Source of the DNA: Antedon mediterranea
Taxonomy: Eukaryota; Animalia; Echinodermata
DNA length: 64,000 nucleotides
Direction of reading: 5' to 3'
Assembly (NCBI RefSeq): GCF_964355755.1
Contig: NC_092678.1
Span: 4,914,422 to 4,978,421, forward strand
Under the pieces are notes generated by a model. The model was given only the letters and a program-made list of their open reading frames with translations. It searched no databases and was not told the DNA's origin. This document shows positions 38,701 to 53,700 of the stretch, one piece after another (the first letter of the stretch is position 1; every line of letters starts with the position of its first letter). The translations under genes and the position numbers were made by a program.

Positions 38701-41700
38701 ATTATAATACCATTTACAGAACTTGGTACTTGGAAGCTGGGTTCTTGGTACTTTTGTTGTAACCAGTTCACAAGTTTATATCTTGTATTTGTGTAAATTA
38801 AATTACATAAAACCAACACTGGTAGTGTTTGTGACAAGCTATGTACGAGTACAAGTTCATTCTCAAACGGGAAAGTCATTACTTAAGACTTCTAAATTGG
38901 GGGAAAATATATTTCGGTATCTTTTATTCATCAAAAAGTATATACATAAAACAATTCATGGCAGTATTAACTGAATTGCGAACTGAGTAGTTAAATACAT
39001 TATACAAAATATACAGAATTAAACAAAAAGAGCAATATGAGGAAGAAAACTTTCCCTTGAAACAATCGGAGTATTAGTTTTAACACTACGGTCAACACAT
39101 TGCTATTAAGCAGGTGTCTACAATAAGGTTCTATTTTACTGTTGAAAGCTCAACTTTTCAGTATGAACATATCCTTTTAATTTACCTTTTGTAGTTGTGA
39201 CATCACTTTCAATAGTTCCTCGTGAACTCCTATCGCCAGTTCTTTACTCTACAAAATACAAAAAAAGCTTATATCAATCAATTTAATTCAGGAAACATTC
39301 AACAACAATTACAACAATACTTAAAATGATACTCAGTTTCAACCAGGAAAAAATGCCATTAGGTAGACTAAATTGTTCCCTCATATGTCCAAGGCCATCT
39401 TATAGTAATTACTGTATTTCTAATGTTGATTGAATGTTATTTAAATGTCATTTAAGTATATTATAATTGCATGAAATGTGAACATCAGAGCATGAATACA
39501 TGTTAAAAGAATTTAAAGGCTAAAAGGAGTTCGGTATATGAAACACATTTTCATTTAGCGCGCTTAATTTAGAAATCCCACGCATCATCAAAGGTAAAAG
39601 GTTAAATTGGAAGGGTAAAAGTCGATTAAAAACAAGCATCAACTGGTAAATCATAAGCTACAATATGTCCAAATTTATCTATGGTAAGAAACATATTCAT
39701 CTAATAATTACATATGAATTTCATATTAAATGTACAAGAAGTCCCGACAAAGGTATTTTACAGCAGTTACTGGAGGCAATAACCTAGTATGTATGAAATG
39801 AATCGTGTCATGCAAACTAGAAGAAGATATAAAAACTGACATTGATACATTGTAGATGAATTCTACAAATAGACATTATGAATACTAAAATATTGAAGAA
39901 GATGGATGAACTACTTCTGAAGGAATAAAAGAACATGAAAGAACGATAAGCTTGAATCAAAGTGATGATAAACTAAAAAGAAGAAATAAAAGAAGTTGAA
40001 AGAAGGATCAGCTCTGATGATAAACTAAAAAAAGAAGTAAAAGTACATGAAAGAACGATCAGCTTGAATCAAAGTGATGATAAACTAGAAGAAATAAAAG
40101 AAGATGAAAGAAAGATCAGCTTAAATCAAAGTGATGATAAACTAAAAGAAGAAATAAAAGACTGCAATACTAAACAACGACATGAAAGTGACAAGGAATA
40201 ATAGAAAATTGATATTGAAACTACAGTATTATTATAAGCTTTAGGGACATGTATTTGCTACTTTAGGTGTTTTCCAATAATATTCCATAAACAATGAAAC
40301 ACTTAGAAATTAGGAAAACAAAAGAAAGTAATATCAAAATAATTGTGTGCAAAACGTCAAAAACTACAGTAAAACTTGGGCATATTGACTTATACTGTAA
40401 TCTGAAAACAAAACTAAAAATACTCTGAAAGAACTTGTCCTAAGGAGTTCATTTCATTATTGACGGCAACTGCAAAACATGAATTCTACGATAATAATTC
40501 TGCTGTCAATCTTTAGCTTTAGATTGATCATTACTCAACCTAATCACTAGCTGTACGACAACACACAAGCTCAGATCGATGCCAACATAACTTTTCTATT
40601 GTTCGTAAAGTGATTACGTCTGCAGGGTATGCGCTCTGATGTTTCGTTAAGTTTCAATTTCGTACAAGATGCATTTTCTTGTTACAATAAGGCAGTTGAG
40701 TCTGTTTTGTAATATATTTTTAGCTCAATATGCTGACATTAATGTGACTTCAATTGAATGAAATCTTGAAAATATTATTAAAGATTTTTGTTGTTAAATT
40801 TTACTTTTAAGTATTGTTTGTGGTTTATTTACAGTACTTCAAACAAACATAATCAAACACATTTTCCCGACATAATTTTTAAATTATAAAACAATAGATT
40901 CTTAACAATATACTGTAGTCTTGCTAGACACACATAAGAATGTGTACTGTATATTTAGCTTCAGATTCAGTAAGCTATTTGATACCAAGAAATGTTAAAA
41001 TGACACTCAATTTATAGTATTTATTCAACCTAGTAGTAGTACCACTGGGTATTTTTATTACTCCCAATAAAGATAAATAAACTCTCAATAAATTAATCTA
41101 GATAAGATATATCAGCAGATGAAAGAACAGCCACCTGATAATGTGCTGCAAATAGGCGATGATAACATTGCTGATGATGACCTATGACCTATTAATAATG
41201 TGCTGCAAATAGGCGATGATAACATTGCTGATGATGACCTATGACCTATTAATAATGTGCTGCAAATAGGCATGATAACATTGCTGATGACGACCTATGA
41301 CCTATTAATATGCCGCAAATAAAGGCGATGAATAAACATATTCTTATTATATGAATAAAAAACAGTATATTTATATAATATTTATATCAGAATTCTGTCT
41401 CATTTCTATTAATTTAGTATCATCATTCATGTATAGATTGTAAATTATGACAACTCAGAAAAAAAACCTATCATTTTACATCCAGGTACTGGAAAAGGAG
41501 GTTATAAAACCATAAAAGGCAATGAAGTACTTATTGATGCAATATCTTTCTGTGTTTTTATAGCTTACACTGTGTTTGACAATAATTCAAAGTGAGCGAT
41601 GTATTGCAGGAGAATATCCCATGGGTCATTAGCACACAAAGGACTTGGAATTGTGGAATATTAAGAATAAATTATTGTATTTAATATATTTTAATGATAA

Positions 41701-44700
41701 GTAGCATACTGATTGTGGCATTGTAAGTTGAAAGTAATGAATTTGAAAAGAAAAATAATGACATAACAATTAACATCGATTATAATTGATGGTGGTAATG
41801 TACTGAAGATGATAGGATTGTTGACAGTCAAGGGAAAGAGAGAACTAAGATCTAGCCATCAGGTGCTACTGGACATTCCGAGGAGCAAACATAGTTGGGG
41901 AGATCGGACTTTCAGTGTTGCTGGACCTAGGCTCTGGAACCACCTACCCTTGAACATTAAACACACATCATTATTGAGTCACTTTAAGTCACTACTCAAA
42001 ACTTTTCTGATTTTTTCTACAGCGCCATGAGCAATGAATGTTGGAATGGCGAGCATAAATCGAACGATTGATTGATTGATTGATTGATTCATAATCATAA
42101 ATTTATCTCTTATTTGATTTAGTTTAAAGAAACTAGACTTACAGTAAATCAATTGGTGTAAAATCAATTATCAATAAATTCCTAAACATCTCTAAAACCT
42201 CTTTTAAATCCAAAAAGTAAAACTGACCAGCAAAATTTCCATTCGAAAGTCTAGACTTTTTATGATAAAAACAGAAAGTAGTGAAATACGACTCAATTGG
42301 AATAAATCCAATTTATTACTATGTGAAAGAACTCACTTTACAAGAACTATACTGTAGTATCTTGTAATACATCAATTGAGGTAAAATTTCTGTAAACAAG
42401 TGTTTTTGTATTGTACAGTACAGGAAGCTGTTGATGTCGATAATAGTGACAAAACATAGCAACCTTTAGTAGCACATTTGAGGTGTTTGCAAAAAAAACT
42501 AATCAAGAGAAAAGGAGGAAATAATTCAACAATGTTTATTGGAAAAACATTTCCTTGTTCAAATGATGTTCTTCCCTGTGAATTCTAACAAGATATCCTA
42601 ATGTGGTTTGTGGTTTATGAACTTTTCTTAGAATCTTGCATTTTAACCAATAATATTCCAATTTTGCTACTGATTTTTAGTAAAGTTGCTTGTGATGACA
42701 ACTCAGTTAATACTGGACCAGACTTGAACCACAACCCTATAATTTGAAGGACTGCATCAGGCTGCGCTGTCACAAATTAAAATACATGACTGTACAAAAA
42801 CAGTATTTGGTTACAAGGTGGAAAACCAAACATAATCTGCCAATTGTTTAAATTTTGGAGAAAGAGGAAACTAGAAAAGTCAGTGACATGAATACTGGCG
42901 AAACGTTGACATCTGTTAGACATTGATATAATGATCTTAGTCCTATTGTTCTTTCCTATCTGTAACTTCTTTCGATTTAAATTTCATTCCCACAATTTAA
43001 AACTTCTTCAATTAAGTCAGCCACTTGAAACAATCAAATATTAAAGTGGTGAGATTAAGATCTCTTAACTTACCTTTTTAAAGATTTTCTGCAACTCTTC
43101 TTGGGCTGTGGTGAAGCTATTTACAATGTTACTGCCATAAACCTGACTGACGATGGTGTGTTGTCTGTACTGGGACCTTGTTAACTGTAGAAGGGTATTC
43201 CAACAGGCTTGTGGCGACGGCCCTTGTATGTCTTTTCTAAAACAATAAAGGTAAAAATGTAAATTGATAAAATAATGTCATTTAATTTACACTGCAAAAG
43301 AATAATAAATGGTATTACAGTATAGATCTTTAAAAAGCCATTAAAAAAAATATAACAATAATGTTACTACAGTATTACATTAAAAAAATGATATTAAAGT
43401 TGTAGAATTAACTGCAATAATTAATTTATTATTTTATTTTATTTTTATTTTTTTAAATTTTATTTAATCGAAACCAACAGCTATAATTACCGCCACTAAC
43501 AGGTTTGATACAAACAAAGCCAGGACTGTTTAAAGCACCTTGATTGGTCCTAACATTGATCAAGGGCTTCTCTCGTCCAGTGCCCACCTTGACCAGAGGT
43601 CTGAGACAGATACTACTAGATGCAGGGGCTGCCATAAGAGTCAGCAGTGCTGATTTCAAATGCCTAACAGGACCCCAGCTCCGTATACAGCACCCGTTAT
43701 TCCCAGATGGTCTCCACCATCCAAGCTCTAACCAGGCCCAACATCGCTTAACTTCGGTGATCTGACGAGAACCGGTGTTTCAACGTTGTAAATATATATT
43801 ATAAAGTGCATTTCTTGTAAAATTCCCTTCCTTCCAATAATCAACTGCAAAATGGTCCCTAAAAATTTACTGATATATCCACCATCGTTTAGAGTCGCAG
43901 GCGAAATCTTTTGATTAATGGTTACTTAGATTGTAATAGTTTATCTAGGGCTTAAGTAAGTTTATTATTTAGGGGTTATATTATAATTTGGCTTTTCGTG
44001 ATCGATTTTATTGGCGTTATAAAAGATGTAATGGACATGACCAAGTACGAGTACATGATACATGACAAAGGTTCATGTTACCAGATGTCATGTGAACATG
44101 TGTTTGTGATGAATGAGGCACACGAGAAATGACACAAGCTTCAACAATGTTATTAAATCCAGTAACCAACGTGAATTAGACATTAGAGAGCCACTATACT
44201 CCGCTCAAATTTGTGCTCAGTAAATTATGTACAGAACAAGAAAAACAATCAATCATACTGTAGCATCTTTTCTAAATTTCTTCTTTTAAAAATTAACAGA
44301 AATTTGTTTTGAAAAAACTGGCATATCATTATAAAATTATAATAAATAAAAAAATTGCACCAACACAGAAAAGCACTACACCATCATCAAAACAACTTAA
44401 TTCTCTGATAAAAATGGCTAAAAGATTAAAAATTACTAACTAATTATTCAATATTGCACATTTATGATAATTAAAATAAGTTTATATATTTATCAGAATC
44501 AGAAAAGTACTTTCAGATTTCATGTTGTTGTACACTTTAATTTTTGTTTATTGTCGATTTCACAGACGAATTCTTCATATGATCTTGGTTCCTTGTAACC
44601 TAATCTGTCTTCATCAATAAATTTATAATTATTTCATAATCAGGTCACGTTAATAAATCTTGATAAATTATGTTCAGTGTGTTCCTTACTAATTAGCATT

Positions 44701-47700
44701 CCAGACAGAGATATGTCCGCACGAGACAAAATAAGGTATGCTCTCAAAATACATTAATTATAATAGGTGATTAACAAAGGTGATCAATTACTTTAACGAA
44801 CAGATGCCAACTCTAGGATCTTATATTATTATGTATGGTTTTCATGTTATAAAACTAGATTATTACATAGTATAGTACAGATAACTGTTATTGTCAAAAA
44901 AAAGACTTGAACCCAACCCAATGGGCTAATGGAAATTAAACGCCAGCTCCAAGCACCAGGTCCACTTGGTGGTTAAACAATCATAAATCATTTTTAAAAT
45001 ATTAAGAGATAAAATCATTTCAGACATACTGTACACTACAGATTTATTCAAAGACTACAGTAGGATGGTTGTAATATATCCACTAAAGTATTTTTAATTT
45101 GTCCACATTGATTGATGTTCTGGAATTAGAAATGACTGTGTACCAAATGTAGAATGTTTATTTCTTATTTTCTGTTTCAACAATCTGGGTTGAAATAACT
45201 CAAAGCAGGTCAAGCTATTTACCAATGAAATAAACATACAAGATGTATTGACACTTGGCTAAAGGAGTGTTATTCTACAGTTAATGCCCGAATGAACAAT
45301 ATCCATCTATCATGCTTGAACGAGCACCGACCTGAATGCCATGCTTGAGTGCACAACGACCTGTCATGATACACAGTACGCTTGAATACAATGTGTTAAG
45401 ATTTACAGGTATGTAACGCCATATGCTACTGTTTTCATAACTGATAACAATCTTGGTGTGGTCATGTACTACCTGTGTTTATGGGCCTGTTTCTGCTGAG
45501 CAGAAATAATCGATTATTAACCGTTTATTTTTTTAATCGATTATTTTTGGGCAGCAGAAACGACGCAAAATAAAATAACCGATTAAAAATAACCGATTAA
45601 AAACACTCAATCCATTGCGTGTTTTAATCGATTATTTCTTGTTTTAACCGATTATTGCGGAGCAGTTTTGAGCTGCAACACAAATAGCGATTATTGACCT
45701 CACTTTGACCTCTAGAGTATGACAAACTTATTCACGTCACAAAGCATGCTGTTTATTTGCGCGATATCGACGACGATCAGCAAAACCACGATCGCGATGT
45801 AGGGTAGACCGAATAACAATCAAATGTTAAACATTTGATTTTTATTATTTTGTGGGGGAGAATTATACCGAGAGACTCCGGGATTCTGTGTTACAAGTAC
45901 ACCCGTTACATACCACCAGTTCAGGCTAACGATGTTTTACATGTCATTTGTTAGGCCTGTTGTCTGTTGACTTGTTTCGGTAGAAATATATAGCCTCTAG
46001 GCTAGGCCCTAGCAGGCCGAAGGTAGAACCAACGAACGGCGAAACGAACTTTTTTCGCCGACGTGTCCTTATTAATATAACATCATTATTCTGTTGTATG
46101 TGGTACGGTAGTAGGCCTAGATGTTTATTTTACAAATAATATAGCTTTACGTAAGAGTAATTTTTAATCGTAGGTCTACATGTGAGAGTTTTAGGCAGCG
46201 ATAGGATGTAAACAAACCAACTCTCATCGGCCTTTCATAACTTGAACTGCGCTGTGGGGGAATGATGACTTGATTTTAAAAACCGATTACCTGAATAACC
46301 GATTAAAGTCGTAGCAATTTTCAATTGCAACGCGATTATTTTTGTGGTTTGCGGTGACTGGAAAAAATCGATTATTTTTATTTTTTCAGCAGAAACAGAC
46401 CCTATGTCATAATGCAAGGAGAAATAAGTTAGGACTTATTTCTCCTTGCATGAAAATAATGACTACCAATTACTGCTTTATCTATGTTCACTTTAATATC
46501 TTTTTTCTATTTTGTATATATTCATTCATTATTATCTAAATAAATATTATCTGAATTATCTGAATTATGTAAGAATAAATAAGTTATAACTTATTTCTCC
46601 TTGCATTATGTAAAGAAGAAATAAGTTAGGACTTATTTCTCCTTGCATTATGTAAAGAAGAAATAAGTTAGGACTTATTTCTCCTTGCATTATGTAAGAA
46701 GAAATAAGTTAGGACTTATTTCTCCTTGCATTATGTAAGAAGAAATAAGTTAGGACTTATTTCTCCTTGCATTATGTAAGAAGAAATAAGTTAGAACTGA
46801 TTTCTCCTTGCATTATGTAAAGAAGAAATAAGTTAGGACTTATTTCTCCTTGCATTATGTATGAAGAAATAAGTTAGGATTTATTTCTCCTTGCATTGTT
46901 ATTTTATTTATATATTTTATTTATATAAGAATAAATAAGCTAGGACTTATTTCTTTTTGCATTATGAATTGTAAGAAGAAATAAGTTAGGACTTATTTCT
47001 TTTTGCATTATGTAAGAAGAGTCATCAGCAAGGTGGAATGAAATAAAATAAGTTGCATTAATATTTGTTATCACCTGACCATCAAAATAAATTATTCAAA
47101 ACAACTTTAGATGACCTTGCAACCATACAATAGTCATGTTTATCACTCTCTTAGCTACAGTACAGTGATTAGTTTGTGTCTTAATTTGCTGTATAACAAA
47201 GACCATGGTGTGCTCTCAGTTTTCAATACGTACAATTAAAGTACTCATTAGCTAGGCAGTTTAATTCGTTTAAGTGGGTCTATGTAAACTGCTAAGAAAT
47301 CAATATTAGACCCTACAGTAGAGTAAGACACTATCATACCTAAAATGGACAAATATTAAAGACTGCATCAGTCAAATATTGACACATACAAATTACAATA
47401 TTGAATATGAATTCACAATCAACAGTCCATCTACTGTATGTTCTGAAAATGTCAAGATTAAAATAGAACTAACTATACTACTGTATGTACCTTTAGTCGG
47501 AAAATTATATTTAAAATTGCAACGTAATTTTAGAATCATCTGAAGTCAGCATCTTAAACTAAAAGTTATTCTGTAAAATCCACAGGGAATGAAAGAAAAG
47601 AGAGGCCATCTGGTGTGCAATTACAGTACTGTACTCGGTTGCATTGAAATTGAATACGACCTGAGCATTCATTGGTAATATTGAAAGTAAAACTTATTCT

Positions 47701-50700
47701 TTGTTATGCTTTAAAGCTAACTACACATTTTCAAAACGTTTGGGCAAGATATTCAAGTAAAAGATATAGAACAACAGAGTGTAATACCATAATGACTTGC
47801 TAAAGTGGTAAATATGTTTAGGTAAAAGATATAGCAACAAAGTTACCATAATGGCTTTCTAAAGTAATAAATAGGTGGAAGAGGATATGTCCCCCTCGTC
47901 TTCCCCTCCCCAATAAGGATCTGCGCTGTTGGTTACCATTATCACTTACTGTACATACTAAAGTAAAGTGTTCGCAATTCAGTACCTACAGTACAGTAAG
48001 CACACAACCATCCTTTTGTATGTAGTTTTAAATGACATCTCTTCTCTTCCAAAATAAATTACTAATTTTTTATGTCCATACAAATTAACTAATAAGGCAA
48101 GTGAGAGGTGTGGGTTGATGTTGCCCAATAAATCATATTGAAGATTCATGCAGTAGGAATCTTGCAAAGCCTGATGGATAGCACATGGCATCAGTGATAA
48201 CAGATGCTAGGCAGCTTAACACTGATCCACTCAAGTTTACAGAAGGTCAGTAAACTGCACATACAAAAAAAACCCCAGCACATAATACTGCGAATATCTA
48301 TTCTATTGTTTAGCAAATTCTTGTGTAAATGTACAGTAAGTTGAATTACGGAGTTTCTCTTTAAATCTTTGAGTTTGAAAATAAAATTGTCACAATTAAA
48401 TTTTATGATGGCAACTATTATTCGTCACAAACATCCTGAAACATTATTGGTTTTTAAAACATTAAAACAATCATACAATGTTTCTTATTGTCACAAAACA
48501 AAGGTCAAAGAAATATGAAACTTGTAGAATAGTCACGTAGTTGAGAGTTAGCGATAATAGTCACAACACCTCGTGATTATCTTTCCACTTAACGTACTAA
48601 TTACATTAACGAGCCTTGAAGGTCAACGTTAAATTAATGATGACTTAGCAGAATGCAAGGGTTATCACGTGACTTATTAACACTAACCAACTTTGCCAAT
48701 TCCAAAGTACTGTATGCTATGTTCGGTCAACGTTGGTATCAATACTACTATAATTGCCTTGGATCAGTTATAAATTATATCATTTTATCCATCCAAATTT
48801 TTCACAAATGTTTGGTTTATTTTGCGTTCTAAGCTAACTTCATGATAGCTTTGACCAGTTTACTAATACCCTAAACCGGCCTTTATAATTCGTTAGTTTT
48901 CTGCATATGTACATCTATATAAATCATCCTGTATACTCTATTACATCTTTTTTCTTGAAATTCTCTATGCCTTTGCATTTAAGATTTAATGCCAGGGATT
49001 ATACACTAGACAAATTGGCGTGGTATTTTATTTTTTGTACATTATTAAATAAGTTGAAATTGTAGCAATCTATAATGAAGTAGCTACTGTATACACCATA
49101 CAACAAGTAAATGCACTTAATTTCAAATGCAGATCTACTCTTAAAATACAGTAAGAAGAGATCATGTTACAGTATCTGACAGAAAAAAAAAAACGCCCAG
49201 AAGGTGTGGATTATATCAAATGAAAAATTAATCTAAAATTCATGAATAAATATGTCATAGAAAGTTTAACGCTCCACACTGGGAATTATTCAAACCATTG
49301 TTTTAAGGCGATGTCATTTATTATTCGTAGAAATCTGTCATTGTTTGAAAGGTAGCTTAGTGTTATTGGCCATTTCCTTCAACTCTCCCTCTCTAAAGAA
49401 TAACTTTTCTGCTGCAGTAATTGATTCACTGCAGTAATATTGAAGTAAGCTTTAATTTATGTACCGGTCAAACAAAAATATTTTGTTTTGTTGCTGTTTG
49501 AAATACAGTTGTAAAACAGAACAAAGACTATAATATTGGATATCATATCAATCTACTAGTGTACTATACTGTAGTGCAACAAATACTGTACAGTACTGCA
49601 GAAATTACTGTACGGTACTGCAGCAATTACTGTACCTAGTACAGTGTTACTTTGACATGGTTCTTGTACAAGTGAATTCAGAGCGGAGTATAACTTTATT
49701 GTGCACATACATGATTAACAATGCAGTAATTACTAATAGATTTATGTCGGACACGATACATCATAATAAAGACAATGGCATTAGTTAATTAATGAAATTG
49801 GACAATTAAGATCCATAGATTTGGTTTCATTATTGTTAATGCTTTTAACCTAGTTCATCCTACAATCAACAATATACAAGTTCACTCGCATGATCAGAAG
49901 CAAAAATACAGTTGAATTTGTCAATAATTACAGTACTTAATTTGATCAATTTAAGTTGAAAGTTAAGCAGAAAGTTACGTGGAAGGAAGAGTGTATTGGA
50001 CTGTTGTAGAGATGTATGACACATCATCATCATCAAGTGGACGCATCCAACATGTCTAATAAATAAATTGGAAACTTACGTGTGACTTGGTTTTTGTTTG
50101 CCAGTAAACTTATCATATAGACGTTCTAGTGCTCGAGCGTAGTCAAATTCAATCTCCGACCTTCGTTTGAAATATTCCTGGAAGTCGGCGATTAAACCTA
50201 GCTGCGATTCGTGGCGTGTATCCAGACATTTTAACTGTTCTGTTAATCTTTGACGGATTTCTGAAAAAAGAAATTAACAGAAAATATTATTACATTTTGC
50301 TTAATTTCATCTTATGCTACGCAGCTAGCCGTTCGCCGAGTCGCCGTGGGTGACTGAAGGTCTTATTTGCCGTTAAAAAAATCTGGAAAGAAAATTGGTT
50401 TTATAACTTTTACAAAACTGTACAAAAAAAAATTCAAGTCAATCAAATATTAAGTACCATAGAAAGCAGATGATTATCTTCAACACAATTTACAAACTTT
50501 CCCTTTAAAGTTTTGAAAAGGAACTTTTGGAGATAAAATTTGATTGTTCGTAATTGTATAACACAGACTGATTGCGTACCAATAGAGCTGGTTACAAGTG
50601 GTTACAATTAAAACTATTTACTTTCTTTAGCCTCCTGCTGCTGGCAAGGAAGACTATGTCGTCAAACTTCCATAACTAAAACAATTTTAGACGCTCAAAT

Positions 50701-53700
50701 CAGAGACGACCAATGGTTCAAACATAGTTCATTTCACAGTCTGGTGTCAATTCACAAATTACAGGCTTTGGATTAAGGTGTCAAAGTAAAAGCAAAATAG
50801 AAAATAATATAAAATATTTATTTATACATTTACTGTAAAATAAAAGAAACACTTTAAGTTTCAATGATTTTAACAAAGGTCAACGCCCATTCATTGAGTT
50901 TACTTTATTAGGCCCAATGTCCTAACAAACAATTCTACTGTAAAAGTAATTGTACAATAAACGAAGTAAAAATTCTGCATCTAAGTGTATCACAACTTCG
51001 GATCACTGCAAACTTTACATGTTTGATAAAGAAAGTCAGTTGTACAGTGTACTTAGTACAATATATTACCGAATCATTTCCTGTTAGTTAGTACTAGTAT
51101 CTACTCCTTGAAATCCGCTCATGAATTCAGTATACAACAGGTTGATGATAGAGAAGATATCATAAACAAACAACATCTATGTGACTACCTTACATATTAT
51201 AGATCACAGATTAAACCAGCTCTATACTGTATAAACTAATCATTTCAACTTGAGATTAATACTGTACTTACTTAAAATCTCTGGTTTTAAAAACGACATT
51301 ATTTCCTGCTGATATCAATTTTTGTTAGTACATACTTACTCTATGACTAAAACTAAAATGACCAGAATCTAAAAAGATTGAAGATTCCTGTTTAGTGTTA
51401 TGAGTCACAATAAACTAAATTTAACTTGAACACACGGTCTACAAATACAAAACCTTCAAAGCTAACAATAGTAAAATAAGCATGTATTATGGTGAGATAC
51501 TACATCCTTGGGCCATTAATTGTTGGTATTGTCAGACACAAAACAAAATCTGTTCAAAGTATACAGCTCTTTACATGCAAGGGCTTTGTTAATATCTTAA
51601 GTGAATGTTTTCGTCTCTTTACTTCACTACAATGATTTTAATAAGTGCTAAATTTCAACGAATACTGTAATTCAATCATAAAATTTGTACTGTACGGTGC
51701 TGGCGCTGGACTTTACAAGCACATTAGGGGCGTACTGTATTCGACTGGGCTGTATTCAGCAGATAATCAGCAGATCTGGCTCTCAAACTCCTCACTGTTT
51801 ATATACAAACAGTAGAAGTACTATAGACCACTGCAGCAAGGTTTTTGTGACTGACCAGTATGATGCAAAAAAAAGATTTATAACATGTTTTTATTAAATT
51901 CTTGATTAAAAATAGGAAAATTCCTAACAACAACATACAGAAAGACATATCTGGCAGTTTAGTAAAGTAGGACTAAAAGATCATTTGAAGATTTCTCTTT
52001 AAGATTTCCAATCTAGAAAGAATTGTACAGGCTATAGAATTCAAGGACAGCTTGTGTATGAGACCTAATGTATTGGAAAATGTGTTCCATTGCAGCAGAT
52101 CGCTACGCCTCCATGATTCAATGGCTGCGTTGAATTTACAAATTTGTGCTAATTAAAATCTTAAGTTTATTCAAACCCGTGGAGAGTAGACGTAGGCAAT
52201 AGAGTGGAAAGGTATTATTCTATTTTGGACGACAAGACGAGAGCCTAGGGCAGAATTTGTCATACAATAACAACAGCAGCAGATCGGCAGTTATCAACTT
52301 TCTCTTGCAAACTAAATAGTACAGACAAAATGGTGCACGCAACCAATTGATGACATAGTCTACTACAAATCGTCTTATTTAAAGATTACCTGAAATAATC
52401 TTTCATTTATGAAACTAAGTAATATTTTCTTATAGAAATTGGTAAAACAAATATCCAATTTTTTTTAATCATTATTGAACTGACTGTTGATATAATATTA
52501 AATTGAATAAAATTTAGACAAAAGATATAATTTAACCAAAAATAACAAAATAGAAATATGATCAAATAAACTTTGAAAACATATAAAAAACAAATTTAAC
52601 ATGCAAAAAGTTAGTCAATTTATCTTTATTAAAAAATAGTAGGCGTGCAAAAGATACCAAGATAACAAAAACTTGAATCAATAAATATAAATAAAATATA
52701 AATTAAGGTATTGTAGTAACTTAAAGGTACAGGTCACCAAAAATGACAACATTATAAACAAAATCAGAGGAATAAAATAACGACAATACATAGCACCATT
52801 TGCAACGATCAGAAATTAATTGTTATTTTATGAAATTAATAATTAATATTGTTGTCATTCAAGTCATTTGACTATTGGCGTGTCATACTTGAATGAGTAA
52901 TACTCACTCAAGTGTGACAATTGAAGTAAAAAGATTATATTCTGTACAACTTGTATTTTAAACAATACATTTAAAGTCTTCTTCAATAATAACAACAACA
53001 AACGGTAACTTGCACTAATTGTGGTTGGACAAATTTAGTGACTATCTTAAGAACTGTGTCAACATGTACTGCAGATGTGGCCTGCAAGTGCAACTTAATT
53101 TTCAATGTTTTTCTGATAACTTTCTAAACATTACCAACTGCAGTAGGAGATTTACTGCAGTACGTAACTAGTACTGCAGTACAATATTGACACAGTTTAA
53201 AGTTCAGTTTTAAGTGCAAGACTATACTGCAGTGAATGGAATTAATAACTGGAAAAATGAGTTAAAAGCAGAAATGATTTGATACAAACACTACAATTAA
53301 AAACCATGCACTAAACATTTGTAACTGGAAAAAAAGGACAACACTACAACGGAGAAACTAACAATAACAAAGGTTAATAAAACATTGGAAGAAAACACCG
53401 GAATCTGAAGACGATTGAAGCTCTTCATCGGCACGCATCGAGTTTAATCCATGCCTACATGCAGTTATGAGATCTCTTACCGTGTCTGATATTACGTCCT
53501 TGATTTGCGTTTGTTGGTAGAAGCGACACCATCGACTGACAACGCTGACGCACATTCTGTAAACTTTCCATTCTTGTGTATTTATTTTATTCTGACGGAT
53601 TCCAGGACGAATTAAAAAAAAAAACCTCAACAATTTTAAAAAATTAAAATGATTTTCTTATTGTAAAAATATTGAAAATCTTGATGACCTATGACCTGTA

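Noticed and set aside
43453-43789. Functional 5S rRNA gene, and the overlapping small ORFs
   Set aside because: The 5' end is truncated, there are substitutions and no terminator, and it is fused to a SINE-like body; the ORFs are incidental.
46412-47020. CRISPR-like array of palindromic repeats
   Set aside because: Units are directly tandem with no unique spacers, there are no cas genes, and the context is a eukaryotic intron.
52385-52410. ATGAAAGATTATTTCAG|GTAATC as another srGAP first exon
   Set aside because: The donor is phase 2, incompatible with the phase-1 exon 2.
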